Below are positions 7,928 to 17,478 of a DNA stretch of 64,000 bases, in pieces (position 1 is the stretch's first letter; each line of letters opens with the position of its first letter). This stretch comes from Candidatus Cloacimonadales bacterium (lineage in GTDB: Bacteria; Cloacimonadota; Cloacimonadia; Cloacimonadales; JAIOQZ01). The stretch spans positions 3,488,001-3,552,000 of the forward strand of contig OY771587.1 of the NCBI GenBank assembly GCA_963674825.1, written 5' to 3'. Under the pieces are notes generated by a model. That model was not told the DNA's origin and made no database searches. It saw only the letters and a list, made by a program, of their open reading frames with translations. A program made the position numbers and the translations under genes.

Positions 7928-10054
7928 ATGTACAGCAAAGAAATTGCGGATAGAATCTATAAATTACTTACAAACAATCCGGATAAGTTATATCGTCTGA
8001 AAGATATATCGGTAGAAATTCATGCAAAGAAACATGAATATCGAATGGTAAAAGACACCCTTTCCGGCATGGCAAATGATGGGCGAATACTCCGCGAAAA
8101 CCGCATGTTTTCCGTGAAGAAGGAGCCCCGAAAACCTGGCAATAGAAAGGGTTCCACGCAGCAGAAATCTGATGGAAAAATGATGGAAGGCTGGTTTGAC
8201 GCTGGCAGTCTAGCACGTGATCATTCCTTTGCATTCGTCATCACAGACAACGGAGACGTCTTCATCGATGTGGAAGACACCATGAATGCCTTCCACAAGG
8301 ACAAGGTACTCGTGGAAACCCGTTATCGCCGTGGTAAGCGATTGTACGGCACCGTTGTGAAGATTATCGAACGAGCGAGAACGCAGATTGTGGGCGATAT
8401 TCAGCGAACAGGTAACGGCTGGGTACTTCAACCGGACGATCCGAAGATTCACCGCACGTTCCGCATACAAGATCCGAAGGACTTAGAGGAAGGCAAGAAG
8501 GCGGTTCTGGATGTTACCGACTGGGGTGACCGGGTGAAATCGCGCCAACCGGCTGGAAAGATCAAAGAGATTCTGGGCGATTCGGGTAACCCTGAAACCG
8601 AAATCCTGGCCGTAATCCGGCGCTATGGATTGCCGATGTCGTTCCCGGACGATGTACTCCAACAGGCGGAAGAACTTGTGGAAGATTTCCGCGATGTCGC
8701 GCATCGTCAGGACTACCGCGAGCTTAATACTATTACCATCGATCCGGCTTCGGCCAAAGACTACGACGACGCCATATCGCTGGAGAAGTTACCCAACGGC
8801 TGGCGGCTCTACGTTCACATCGCCGACGTGGCGCATTACGTGCCCATTGGATCGCCAGTATACAATGAAGCGACGCGTCGCGGCAACAGCTTCTATTTCC
8901 CACGAAGGGTAATTCCCATGCTGCCGGAGAAGCTCTCCAATCGTGTATGCAGCCTGCGTCCGCAGGAAGACAAGATGACGGTCACCGTCGTCACCGATTT
9001 CGATGTGGATGCACGAATTCTCAAGCAACAGGTGTACGAATCGGTGATCTGCTCCGATGCAAGGCTTACCTACGAGGAAGTGGACGACCTATTCGATGGC
9101 AAGACAATCGATCTCTCGGACGAACTGAGCGAGATGATCCTTGATATGCGCACGCTCTCGCGCATACTATCGAAGAATCGCGATGAGAAGGGCTGCCTCT
9201 ACTTCGACCTGCCGGAAGTGGAATTCGTGTACGATGCGGAAGGCTACCTGGCCAAGCTTGAGCGATCCTCCGAGACCGAGTCACACAAGGTGATCGAGAA
9301 TTTCATGCTGATAGCCAACGAATATGTTGCCGAAAAGCTGACCAAGGCAGCACGCACAACTATGTACCGCATCCACGAGGATCCAGAAGAGGATTCGGTA
9401 CGCAAGGTACTGTCGCTGATCAAAGTCTATGGCTTTAAGGCGAAATTCCACAAGAATCTCAACCGCACGCTCCAAGGCGTACTGACCGGTATCGAAGATA
9501 AGGATTTTCATCGGGTGTTCGACCGCATGATTCTGCGTAGCCTCAAGAAGGCGAAATATACGATCGATCACAAGGGGCATTTTGGCCTGGCGATCAGAAC
9601 GTACACCCACTTCACCTCCCCCATTCGCAGAATTTGCGATACCATCGTGCATCATCAGCTCAAGATGCATGTGTTCCAGACCGAAGGCGGCAAGTATAAG
9701 CAGAAAGAGCTCGAGCAGCTCTCGGCTGTCGCGTCGGAGCAAGAAATCCTGGCGGATGAAGCGGAACGCGAGGTGAATCGCGTTAGTAAGCTTCAGTTCA
9801 TGAAGAAGCACGTCGGCGATGAATACATGGGTATTATCATCGCGATCAACCGCAACAACATCATCGTTGAGCTGGACGACATGCCGGTTATCGGTGTGAT
9901 TCCCGTGACCTCGATTCAGGGCAATTTCGAGCTGTACGAGGAGTACATGCGAATGGTGGATGCAGGTACCGGTAAGAGCCTGAAACTGATGGACCGGAAA
10001 AAAGTCAGGCTGGAACGCGTAACGGACGACATATATTTCACGCTGATGGAATAA
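7928..10054 (+). CDS. rnr: Ribonuclease R
   Basis: TIDPASAKDYDDA catalytic motif; HIADV; IENFMLIANE; YTHFTSPIRR; cold-shock and S1 domains. Confidence 0.93.
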   Translation: MYSKEIADRIYKLLTNNPDKLYRLKDISVEIHAKKHEYRMVKDTLSGMANDGRILRENRMFSVKKEPRKPGNRKGSTQQKSDGKMMEGWFDAGSLARDHSFAFVITDNGDVFIDVEDTMNAFHKDKVLVETRYRRGKRLYGTVVKIIERARTQIVGDIQRTGNGWVLQPDDPKIHRTFRIQDPKDLEEGKKAVLDVTDWGDRVKSRQPAGKIKEILGDSGNPETEILAVIRRYGLPMSFPDDVLQQAEELVEDFRDVAHRQDYRELNTITIDPASAKDYDDAISLEKLPNGWRLYVHIADVAHYVPIGSPVYNEATRRGNSFYFPRRVIPMLPEKLSNRVCSLRPQEDKMTVTVVTDFDVDARILKQQVYESVICSDARLTYEEVDDLFDGKTIDLSDELSEMILDMRTLSRILSKNRDEKGCLYFDLPEVEFVYDAEGYLAKLERSSETESHKVIENFMLIANEYVAEKLTKAARTTMYRIHEDPEEDSVRKVLSLIKVYGFKAKFHKNLNRTLQGVLTGIEDKDFHRVFDRMILRSLKKAKYTIDHKGHFGLAIRTYTHFTSPIRRICDTIVHHQLKMHVFQTEGGKYKQKELEQLSAVASEQEILADEAEREVNRVSKLQFMKKHVGDEYMGIIIAINRNNIIVELDDMPVIGVIPVTSIQGNFELYEEYMRMVDAGTGKSLKLMDRKKVRLERVTDDIYFTLME

Positions 10055-10183
10055 ATGTTGCATGCATTTTCCGTGAATAATTGCTTGACAATTATTGAAA
10101 CGGTGATCTACATCTGAGTATGTGAGTATAGGGTTTAGGCCCGATCGATACAGATCAACCAGAAGAAACGAAGCGTAGGAGAG

Positions 10184-12034
10184 TTGATGATGACCAGGCG
10201 AAATGGACTTGCAAGTTTCTTGTCCCTATTATTTTTAGCATTTGCGCTAAACGTTGCCGCTGATGTAACTGCGGCATTTACAACCGATTATGATCCGGAT
10301 GATCCCGCTGGCCGTGTGCCATTGACAGTAAATTTCGCGGATCTGTCCGAAACGGACGATGACACTGATCCGATCGTCTCCTGGTTCTGGGAATTCGGCG
10401 ATGGTTCCACCTCGACCGACCAGAACCCCGTTCACACCTATGTCGATCTTGGTTACTACGATGTGAGCCTCGAGGTGACAGCGCAATCCGGTGACGACGA
10501 TACGCAGAACGAAAATGACTATGTTGCTGTTTACGGCATCGACATGGCGTTTGTGCTCGATCAGTCCGGTAGCATGTCCGGCGATAAGCTGAGTACACTC
10601 AAAGATGCGACACAAGCCTTCAATAACCTGCTTGATACGCATAACACACTGGGCGACGAAGCGGCAGTCGTCTCCTACGAATCACGCGCTCATGTAAAAT
10701 ATGCGATTCACATCATGCAGAGTGGTTCGAATGTATCAGCCATGCAGAACACAATCGACAATCTTCAGGCAACCGGCGTGACCGCGCTTTACAAGGGGTG
10801 TCAATACGGCGCTGCCCAGCTTGCTAATGCCGATCAGAATAATCCTGAGGTTTTCAGCCTCGATAAGCCTGCAGGTATGCTCCTTATGTCCGATGGATTG
10901 AATAATGCCAGTGGTTTAGGTGATTTTGATAATTTCTACACGTTCATCGCAGTACACGCACTTGGATTTGGCGCAGATTGTAATCCTACTCCCATGATAC
11001 AGCTTGCAAATATGAGTGGCGGTAGCTATCACTTCGCATCGACAAGCAATCTGAATACAATCATGAGCGATATCTATCAGGCAATCAAAGGCGTACAGCG
11101 CTCGGATGATTACCGTGGCCTGATCGTGCTGATGCATGAAGATTTCTCGCGTGAATTCTATGTCGATCCGCTGAGCCGTAACCTGATCGTTAATACCGAC
11201 TGGTTTGGCGAAACGACAGACATGACCATGACGCTTACCTCGCCTTCCGGGAAGATCTTTGACTACGATCCGCTTCAGAACGAGTACAAGTCTGTTCAGA
11301 CTGAGACACAGTGCGCATTCAAGATTCTCAACCCTGAACCCGGTACCTGGAAAGCCGATATCAGCGCATTCAAGCCTTCGCACGATTCAGTAGAATATTG
11401 CTTCTGGACACTCTCTGCAAGCTCTCTGGCGCTGGATCTCGACTTCGTGAATACAATCCTTCAGCCGGGTGAGCCGATTAAAATCCGCGCATCGCTGACC
11501 AATGGCGGTGCTGTTCCCGCAGCAACCATGGAATATATCGTCGAGGATCCGAATGGCCGGATCGTCACCATCGACGAAAGCAGTTCCGCTGCATTCGGAA
11601 TGGCCGAATACACCGAGACGATGACTCCCGGTAACTACATCATCACCGCGATCGCGACCGGCACCGACGACTTCCCATTCAAGCGTATCATCCGTGAAGC
11701 CGTGTGGGTTGAAGGTGGCGATACCGTGATGGATACAGAGGTTGCTCCCGAGCCTGTCACCGAATACGCGATCACGAACAACCCGAATCCGTTCAACCCG
11801 GAAACCAGCATCAATTTCTCGCTTCCGCAGGCATCCGACGTGAATATCACGATCTACAACATGCTTGGTCAGAAGGTGAAAACGCTGGTTGACGAGCCGA
11901 TGGACGCAGGTACACACTCTCGCGTCTGGAACGGTAAGGACGACCAGGGACGCAGCGTCGGCAGCGGTATCTACCTGTATCGTATGAAAGCCGACAACTT
12001 CCAGCAGACCAAGCGCATGCTGCTGCTCAAGTAA
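10184..12034 (+). CDS. Secreted PKD + VWA domain protein with FlgD-Ig/T9SS-like C-terminal domain
   Basis: Signal peptide; WFWEFGDGSTSTDQNPVHTY (PKD); DQSGSM MIDAS, MSDG (VWA); NNPNPFNP...GIYLYRM...KRMLLLK. Confidence 0.88.
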   Translation: MMMTRRNGLASFLSLLFLAFALNVAADVTAAFTTDYDPDDPAGRVPLTVNFADLSETDDDTDPIVSWFWEFGDGSTSTDQNPVHTYVDLGYYDVSLEVTAQSGDDDTQNENDYVAVYGIDMAFVLDQSGSMSGDKLSTLKDATQAFNNLLDTHNTLGDEAAVVSYESRAHVKYAIHIMQSGSNVSAMQNTIDNLQATGVTALYKGCQYGAAQLANADQNNPEVFSLDKPAGMLLMSDGLNNASGLGDFDNFYTFIAVHALGFGADCNPTPMIQLANMSGGSYHFASTSNLNTIMSDIYQAIKGVQRSDDYRGLIVLMHEDFSREFYVDPLSRNLIVNTDWFGETTDMTMTLTSPSGKIFDYDPLQNEYKSVQTETQCAFKILNPEPGTWKADISAFKPSHDSVEYCFWTLSASSLALDLDFVNTILQPGEPIKIRASLTNGGAVPAATMEYIVEDPNGRIVTIDESSSAAFGMAEYTETMTPGNYIITAIATGTDDFPFKRIIREAVWVEGGDTVMDTEVAPEPVTEYAITNNPNPFNPETSINFSLPQASDVNITIYNMLGQKVKTLVDEPMDAGTHSRVWNGKDDQGRSVGSGIYLYRMKADNFQQTKRMLLLK

Positions 12035-12056
12035 GAATAACGAACTTCGATACAAC

Positions 12057-12089
12057 AAACGCCGCTCTTTCGAGAGCGGCGTTTTTCTT
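12057..12089. terminator. Intrinsic terminator
   Basis: AAACGCCGCTCT-TTCG-AGAGCGGCGTTT then T tract. Confidence 0.85.
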
Positions 12090-12102
12090 TATCGTTGCGA
12101 TA

Positions 12103-12726
12103 CTATTTCGCGGTTGGATTGATCGTATAGAAGCCCGAGAATGAATCCCGATCAAGGATGTGCCCGTCCATTGCCTTCAGTAGATCCGCGCCAGTGTAGC
12201 GCTCCGGGAGATCGAGCTTCCCGATGTCCAGCGCGTAAATCGTGAATTCGTACTCGTGAATCAGTGAGTCGTTCCACGGCGGACATGGCCCATCGTAGCC
12301 GCCATAAAATCCTTCCATACTCTCATCGCCCTTGAACCATCCCGTGTAGTCGTTGAGTCCGGTATCTCCGTAGGGAGTCGATCCCGTCGGTTTGCCCTTT
12401 ACCGTGACGCCCCGGCAAACCTCGCCTTCCGCGATTTCGGTGATCGTCGTGGGGATATTCGCCAGCACCCAGTGATAGAAATCCGCACGCGGCAGATCCT
12501 CCGGCACCAGACGACTTTCCTGATTCACATCGTCCGGCTTGGTCGGTACGGATTTGTCAACGTACGTGAGCGCGTAGGATTTCGTGGCTTTCGGGGCGTC
12601 CTTCCATGCGATGTGTGGGTTGATATTGTCCGAGAAGGTGACGTGAGTGTTTGCGTCGAATTTACCGAACACGTATTTCAAGGGTATCGATTTCCCGTGC
12701 TCAAGTGTGTTGCTGTACAGCTTCAT
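12103..12726 (-). CDS. YbhB/YbcL (PEBP) family protein
   Basis: FYHWVLANIP; YDGPCPPWND; HEYEFTIYALD. Confidence 0.9.
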   Translation of the reverse strand: MKLYSNTLEHGKSIPLKYVFGKFDANTHVTFSDNINPHIAWKDAPKATKSYALTYVDKSVPTKPDDVNQESRLVPEDLPRADFYHWVLANIPTTITEIAEGEVCRGVTVKGKPTGSTPYGDTGLNDYTGWFKGDESMEGFYGGYDGPCPPWNDSLIHEYEFTIYALDIGKLDLPERYTGADLLKAMDGHILDRDSFSGFYTINPTAK

Positions 12727-12819
12727 AATTCCTCCAGTTGTTGATCATTCAGCTTGATCCCACATGATCCGGCCACATTTGTCAATTATAAATCGCTCTT
12801 ATATGGCATTCTCCCTCTT

Positions 12820-12844
12820 GGAGCGCGGACGTCCTCGTCCGCAT
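12820..12844. repeat. REP-like extragenic palindrome, copy 1
   Basis: GGAGCGCGGACGTCCTCGTCCGCAT; GCGGACG/CGTCCGC stem; 23/25 identical to 39205-39229. Confidence 0.7.
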
Positions 12845-12937
12845 TACTACTCCCATATAACGTGTCACCCTGTGTAGCGAAGCGTATCGAAGGGCAAATG
12901 ATTATTGCACTCGGTTACAATAATATTGCTTATAGAT

Positions 12938-13003
12938 GCGTTCCGTATATGAAACAAAATCCTTGACGAAACGTTGCACATATGAAACGATAGCCTCGAG
13001 GTG
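12938..13003 (+). promoter_or_regulatory. umuD promoter with two candidate SOS-type palindromes
   Basis: GTTCCGTATATGAAAC (12940-12955), TTGACG (12963-12968), GTTGCACATATGAAAC (12973-12988), GAGGTG RBS. Confidence 0.65.
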
Positions 13004-13006
13004 AAC

Positions 13007-13492
13007 ATGATGAAACTACAAATGACTACGATGCAGGAGTTCCCAACGGGCAGGCTGAATACAGATGCAACCATTGCCGGAGTGGGGGCTTGCGTAGCGA
13101 GGATCAGCCTGGAAAGGCCGATGCTCGGGGCATCACTCCCGGCGGGATTCCCCTCCCCTGCCGATGACTACATCGAGACCTCGCTGGACCTGAACGAGCT
13201 GCTTATCGCGCATCCATCCGCGACTTTCTTCGTGCGGGTGGACGGCGATTCGATGATCAACGCGGGAATCAACGACGGCGATATCCTGCTCGTGGATCGG
13301 GCCCTGAGTGCAGATAACAACCGCATCGTCGTTGCTGCGTTGGACGGCTATCTGACGGTCAAGCGGCTGCGTATCGAGAAGGGACGATGGTTTCTGCAGC
13401 CGGAGAATCCATCCTACGATTGCATCGATATCGACGAGGATACCGATTTCTACATATGGGGCGTGGTAAGCTGGGTGCTGCATCAGGCATAG
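13007..13492 (+). CDS. umuD: UmuD-like S24 autopeptidase (DNA polymerase V subunit)
   Basis: PAGFPSPADDY Ala-Gly cleavage region; GDSM catalytic Ser; TVKRL catalytic Lys; IWGVV; no HTH domain. Confidence 0.92.
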   Translation: MMKLQMTTMQEFPTGRLNTDATIAGVGACVARISLERPMLGASLPAGFPSPADDYIETSLDLNELLIAHPSATFFVRVDGDSMINAGINDGDILLVDRALSADNNRIVVAALDGYLTVKRLRIEKGRWFLQPENPSYDCIDIDEDTDFYIWGVVSWVLHQA

Positions 13493-13502
13493 AAGATTTC
13501 TA

Positions 13503-13546
13503 TTGACATCTTCGATTCGCCACGATATAAATGACCCGATAGTCAT
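13503..13546 (+). promoter_or_regulatory. sigma70-type promoter plus TetR-type operator
   Basis: TTGACA-17 bp-TATAAA; ATGAC-N6-GTCAT palindrome at 13531-13546. Confidence 0.7.
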
Positions 13547-13559
13547 ATAAGGAGATAGT

Positions 13560-14216
13560 ATGCCTCCCGGACGGAAAAAGATGTCCAACTTGGACCGCAT
13601 CGCGAAGATGAACGAGATCATGGACTCGGTCGAGAAGATTTTCGCGGATGCAAACGTCGTCATTCCGGCGATGACCATGGCCGATATCGCCAGGCAGGCA
13701 GGTATCGCCAAGGGAACTGTCTACCTCTACTTCAAGTCGAAAGACGACCTTATCATGCACTGCTATCTGCGTTCGCAACGTAAAAAGCTCGAGGCCATGA
13801 CCCAGGTCTTCGCATTACACGAACAACCAGAGGACAAGCTGAGGGCCTTCTTCTATTTCTATATCGATTTCTTTCGTCGTAATCCCGAATACCTCAAGAT
13901 TCAGCTCTATTTCGAGAACGGCCTTCTTTATCGCGCGGATCTGCCGGAAACAAAAGTGATCGAGTACCGAAGCCTGGCTCAGCAGATGCGACAGTCACTC
14001 GTCGAGGTATTGCAGGACTGCCGGGAAAAAGGGATCCTGCAAGATGGCGTCAATATCGATATCATCCATCACATCCTATCGCGCAGCACACGAGCGATTA
14101 TCGATTTCCTCCTGTTCGGCTACACCACGCACCGGCTCAGCCGCTTGGGGATTTGTACTGCCGAAGCATTTTTCGATCAGTATGTCGAAAGTCTTTTGCA
14201 CGGAATCATCCGATAA
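13560..14216 (+). CDS. TetR/AcrR family transcriptional regulator
   Basis: TMADIARQAGIAKGTVYLYFKSKDDL. Confidence 0.92.
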   Translation: MPPGRKKMSNLDRIAKMNEIMDSVEKIFADANVVIPAMTMADIARQAGIAKGTVYLYFKSKDDLIMHCYLRSQRKKLEAMTQVFALHEQPEDKLRAFFYFYIDFFRRNPEYLKIQLYFENGLLYRADLPETKVIEYRSLAQQMRQSLVEVLQDCREKGILQDGVNIDIIHHILSRSTRAIIDFLLFGYTTHRLSRLGICTAEAFFDQYVESLLHGIIR

Positions 14217-14233
14217 AAAATTTTGTCAAAATA

Positions 14234-14249
14234 ATGACTCTATGGTCAC
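14234..14249 (+). promoter_or_regulatory. Second TetR-type operator
   Basis: ATGACTCTATGGTCAC, the same ATGAC-N6-GTCA pattern as 13531-13546, just upstream of the RBS of 14268. Confidence 0.6.
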
Positions 14250-14267
14250 CAAATAAAGGAGTGTTGT

Positions 14268-15983
14268 ATGAAGCACCTCATTCTCATCTCGATTTTACTT
14301 CTCTCATCCTCCATTTTCGCGTCGGTCATCTATGTTCCGGAAGATTACGGCACGATTCAGGAGGCTATCGATGCTGCGACAGATGCCGATCTTGTTCTTG
14401 TCGCGGACGGAACCTACTACGAGAACATCGATTTCCTGGGCAAGGGCGTGATCGTGTCCAGCTACTACATGCAGGACGGTGATGTCGAACACGTGAACAA
14501 CACCATCATCGACGGCAGCCAATACGAAGATATCGAACGGGCCGCGTGTGCTCATTTCACGTCAGGCGAGACGCGATCTTCGGTTCTCATCGGCTTCACG
14601 CTTACCGGCGGCGTCGGCGCGACCTACGATCTGGCAAACCTCGGGCCTACCTTCGAAGGATTGACGCAGGAAGGCGGAGGTGTATTCATCGATAGCTCGT
14701 CACCGACGATCCGCTACAACATCATCATCGACAACCACGTGCCTCTCCCCAATGGCTACGATTACTATGGTGGTGGCGGTATATCCTCATTCACCGGAAA
14801 TCCGCTCATCGAATGTAACTACGTGATCCACAACAGTGCAGGATATGCCTGTGGTATCGTGCTGAACTGGTCTGGTGGCATCATTCGGAATAATCTGGTG
14901 TACGATAATTTCGGCGGTGAGATCGAAGGTGCCGGCGGAATCATGGTTTGGCGGAGCGGCGATTATCCGCAGTACGTTCTGAACAACACTATAGTCAGCA
15001 ACCACAGTGACGATATCTGTGGCGGCATCCTGTTCTACGATACGGACGCGATCGTGGATAACAACATCGTCTATGGCAACACGCAAGCCTCGGGCTATCA
15101 GGTGATGGGCACCAGCTGGGATAATTTCCAGTATAACCTCGTTGAAGGCATGAATCTGCCCAACAACATCTCGGCCAATCCGCATCTCATCAGCAATTTC
15201 CTTTTAGGTGATGGCTCTCCATGTATCGACGCCGGCAATCCAGATGTGCAATATGATGATACCGAAGATCCTATGAATCACGGCAGCGCACTCTTCCCTT
15301 CTATGGGCAATCTGCGAAACGATATCGGTATGTGGGGCGGTCCGAGCACAGCGCAGCCGCTCAGTTTCAGCTACGAGATTCTCGACCATCCGGATGCGAT
15401 TGTATTCACGCCCGATTGCCATGTTGGCGAGAGTGTTAGTGTGCAAATTCCGATCGAAAACCTGGGCATGCGCAACTGGAATCTCGTCGATATCAACGTC
15501 GATAACAGCGAGATCGCGATCGACGGCAATACCTTTAATAATACGCTCGATCCTTTCGAAAACGGTGTCATCAACCTTACCTGGTTCCCGACCGAACCCG
15601 GCGATATGATCGCCGAGTTGACAATCAGCCATAATTTCCTCACCCTGGGCAATCCGATAATCATCGAACTTACCGGAACTGCCCTGGCACAAGCAGCCGG
15701 GGACAACACCGTTCCGGCCGTTAACAGGCTTTGCCAGAATCACCCCAATCCGTTCAATCCTCAGACGACCATCGCGTTCGATCTTGCAAAGCCGTCGCAT
15801 GTTGCGATCGATATCTTCAACATCCGTGGCAGGCTTGTGGAGACGCTTACATCTCAGCGCTATGCGTCAGGGCATCATGAGGTGGAATGGGATGCCGGAG
15901 AAGCAGCATCGGGTGTCTATTTCTATCGCTGGACCATCGATGGGAAGGCCGGTTCGATGCGCAAATGTGTGCTGCTGAAGTAG
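14268..15983 (+). CDS. Secreted right-handed beta-helix (pectin-lyase-like) protein with Ig-like and FlgD-Ig/T9SS-like C-terminal domains
   Basis: Signal peptide; [27 protein letters not shown] repeats, [26 protein letters not shown]...GVYFYR...KCVLLK. Confidence 0.85.
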   Translation: MKHLILISILLLSSSIFASVIYVPEDYGTIQEAIDAATDADLVLVADGTYYENIDFLGKGVIVSSYYMQDGDVEHVNNTIIDGSQYEDIERAACAHFTSGETRSSVLIGFTLTGGVGATYDLANLGPTFEGLTQEGGGVFIDSSSPTIRYNIIIDNHVPLPNGYDYYGGGGISSFTGNPLIECNYVIHNSAGYACGIVLNWSGGIIRNNLVYDNFGGEIEGAGGIMVWRSGDYPQYVLNNTIVSNHSDDICGGILFYDTDAIVDNNIVYGNTQASGYQVMGTSWDNFQYNLVEGMNLPNNISANPHLISNFLLGDGSPCIDAGNPDVQYDDTEDPMNHGSALFPSMGNLRNDIGMWGGPSTAQPLSFSYEILDHPDAIVFTPDCHVGESVSVQIPIENLGMRNWNLVDINVDNSEIAIDGNTFNNTLDPFENGVINLTWFPTEPGDMIAELTISHNFLTLGNPIIIELTGTALAQAAGDNTVPAVNRLCQNHPNPFNPQTTIAFDLAKPSHVAIDIFNIRGRLVETLTSQRYASGHHEVEWDAGEAASGVYFYRWTIDGKAGSMRKCVLLK

Positions 15984-16048
15984 CGTTCCATATTTGCAAC
16001 AAAATCCCTTGACCTCTTCCCTACCCGTGCAATACTTGCTACGAGGTG
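15983..16048 (+). promoter_or_regulatory. umuC promoter with candidate SOS-type palindrome
   Basis: GTTCCATATTTGCAAC (15985-16000), AAAATCCC, TTGACC (16009-16014), GAGGTG; homologous to the umuD upstream block. Confidence 0.65.
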
Positions 16049-16051
16049 AAG

Positions 16052-16201
16052 ATGAAATGTCGGATTTATGCGCTGGCTGGCTGGGAAGACCACTTCTTTC
16101 GCTTGCGAAAGAAGAAAGAACATCTTTGGGCTGGCTGGAAAGACCACTTCTTTCGCTTGCGAAAGAAGAAAGAGTATCTTGGGAAGGATCGGGAGAAATG
16201 A
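16052..16201 (+). CDS. Putative 49-aa leader ORF coupled to umuC
   Basis: [58 protein letters not shown]; its TGA overlaps the umuC ATG (ATGA). Confidence 0.4.
   Translation: MKCRIYALAGWEDHFFRLRKKKEHLWAGWKDHFFRLRKKKEYLGKDREK
16075..16182 (+). repeat. Two tandem 54-bp repeats, each with a perfect hairpin
   Basis: GGCTGGCTGG(G/A)AAGACCACTTCTTTCGCTTGCGAAAGAAGAAAGA...; stem CTTCTTTCG-CTTG-CGAAAGAAG. Confidence 0.9.
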
Positions 16202-17478
16202 GCCGCCGCATCTATGCCCTGGTTGATTGTAACAGCTTTTATGTGTCCTGCGAGCGGGTTTTCGCGCCACAATTGCGGCACAAACCGGTTGTCGTTCTCT
16301 CCAACAATGATGGCTGCATCGTGGCGCGTTCGCAGGAGGTGAAAGATCTGGGGCTTCCCATGGCGTCGCCGGTCTTCAAGCTGCGGCACCTGATCCGCCG
16401 GTATCGCATCCACACCTTTTCCTCGAACTACACGCTCTATGCGGATATGTCGCGCCGGGTGATGGACACACTGATGGGATTCTCGCCCGAGATCGAGGTA
16501 TATTCTATTGATGAGGCTTTCCTAACCTTCACCGGCATGGAGCACGTCGATCTGAACGAATACGCCCGAATGATCCGCGATACGGTGGTGCAATGGACAG
16601 GAATCCCGGTCTCGGTGGGCATCGGACCATCCAAAACACTGGCTAAGCTCGCCAATCGCTACGCCAAGAAGAACCGCGAGTGCCAGGGCGCGTTCAACAT
16701 CACCGATCACCCGAATATCGACGCCATTCTGGAGAGCGTGCAGGTGGGTGACGTATGGGGCGTTGGCCGGAAGTATCGCGACAAGCTCAATAAGGTGGGC
16801 GTCTATACCGCGCGCCAGTTGCGCGATCTGCCGGATAAGTGGGCTCGTGCGCATATGACGGTGGTGGGACTGCGGATGGTGCACGAATTGCGTGGCATTC
16901 CCTGCTACGAGGTGGAACCCGAGATCGACCCCAAGAAGGGGATCGTCACCTCGCGTTCCTTTGGCAAACCGCTGGAAGAGGAAGAACACATGAGCGAAGC
17001 GGTGGCGGCTTATGTGGCACGGGCAGCGGTAAAACTCCGCCGACAGCACAGTGTGGCAAGTTGTCTCACCGTGTTCATCATCACCAACCCGTTCCGCAAA
17101 GAGCAGCCGCAGTACGCCAATTCCGCCTCGTGGAATATCGAGCCCCCCACCGCTGATACGCCGCAGCTCATAGCGATTGCCAGGAAGCTGCTGAATCGAA
17201 TCTATCGCAGCGGTTACAAGTACAAAAAGGCAGGTGTAATGCTGACGGGGATAAGACCAGATGGCGAGTTCCAATTGGATGCCTTCGATACCGCCTTCAC
17301 GGATGATCGCAGGCAGAAGCTGATGGAGACGCTTGATCAAGTCAATGGTCGTTACGGCATGCACACGCTGTCGTTTGCGTCGGAGGGAATTCGGAAGCCG
17401 TGGCAGATGAAGCGGGAGAAGCTATCGCGCCGATTCACGACGAACTGGAACGAGATCCCGGTAGTGAAAGCGGATTAG
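16198..17478 (+). CDS. umuC: Y-family DNA polymerase V catalytic subunit
   Basis: [38 protein letters not shown]-terminal [16 protein letters not shown]. Confidence 0.95.
   Translation: MSRRIYALVDCNSFYVSCERVFAPQLRHKPVVVLSNNDGCIVARSQEVKDLGLPMASPVFKLRHLIRRYRIHTFSSNYTLYADMSRRVMDTLMGFSPEIEVYSIDEAFLTFTGMEHVDLNEYARMIRDTVVQWTGIPVSVGIGPSKTLAKLANRYAKKNRECQGAFNITDHPNIDAILESVQVGDVWGVGRKYRDKLNKVGVYTARQLRDLPDKWARAHMTVVGLRMVHELRGIPCYEVEPEIDPKKGIVTSRSFGKPLEEEEHMSEAVAAYVARAAVKLRRQHSVASCLTVFIITNPFRKEQPQYANSASWNIEPPTADTPQLIAIARKLLNRIYRSGYKYKKAGVMLTGIRPDGEFQLDAFDTAFTDDRRQKLMETLDQVNGRYGMHTLSFASEGIRKPWQMKREKLSRRFTTNWNEIPVVKAD

Noticed and set aside
16075..16182. Tandem palindromic repeats as a mini-CRISPR array
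   Set aside because: Only two near-identical 54-bp units with no unique spacer, and no cas genes in the window.
15994..16197. UmuC start at TTG 15994 from the ORF track
   Set aside because: This start lies inside the operator, upstream of the -35; UmuC homology begins at ATG 16198. ATG 16057 cannot be fully excluded.
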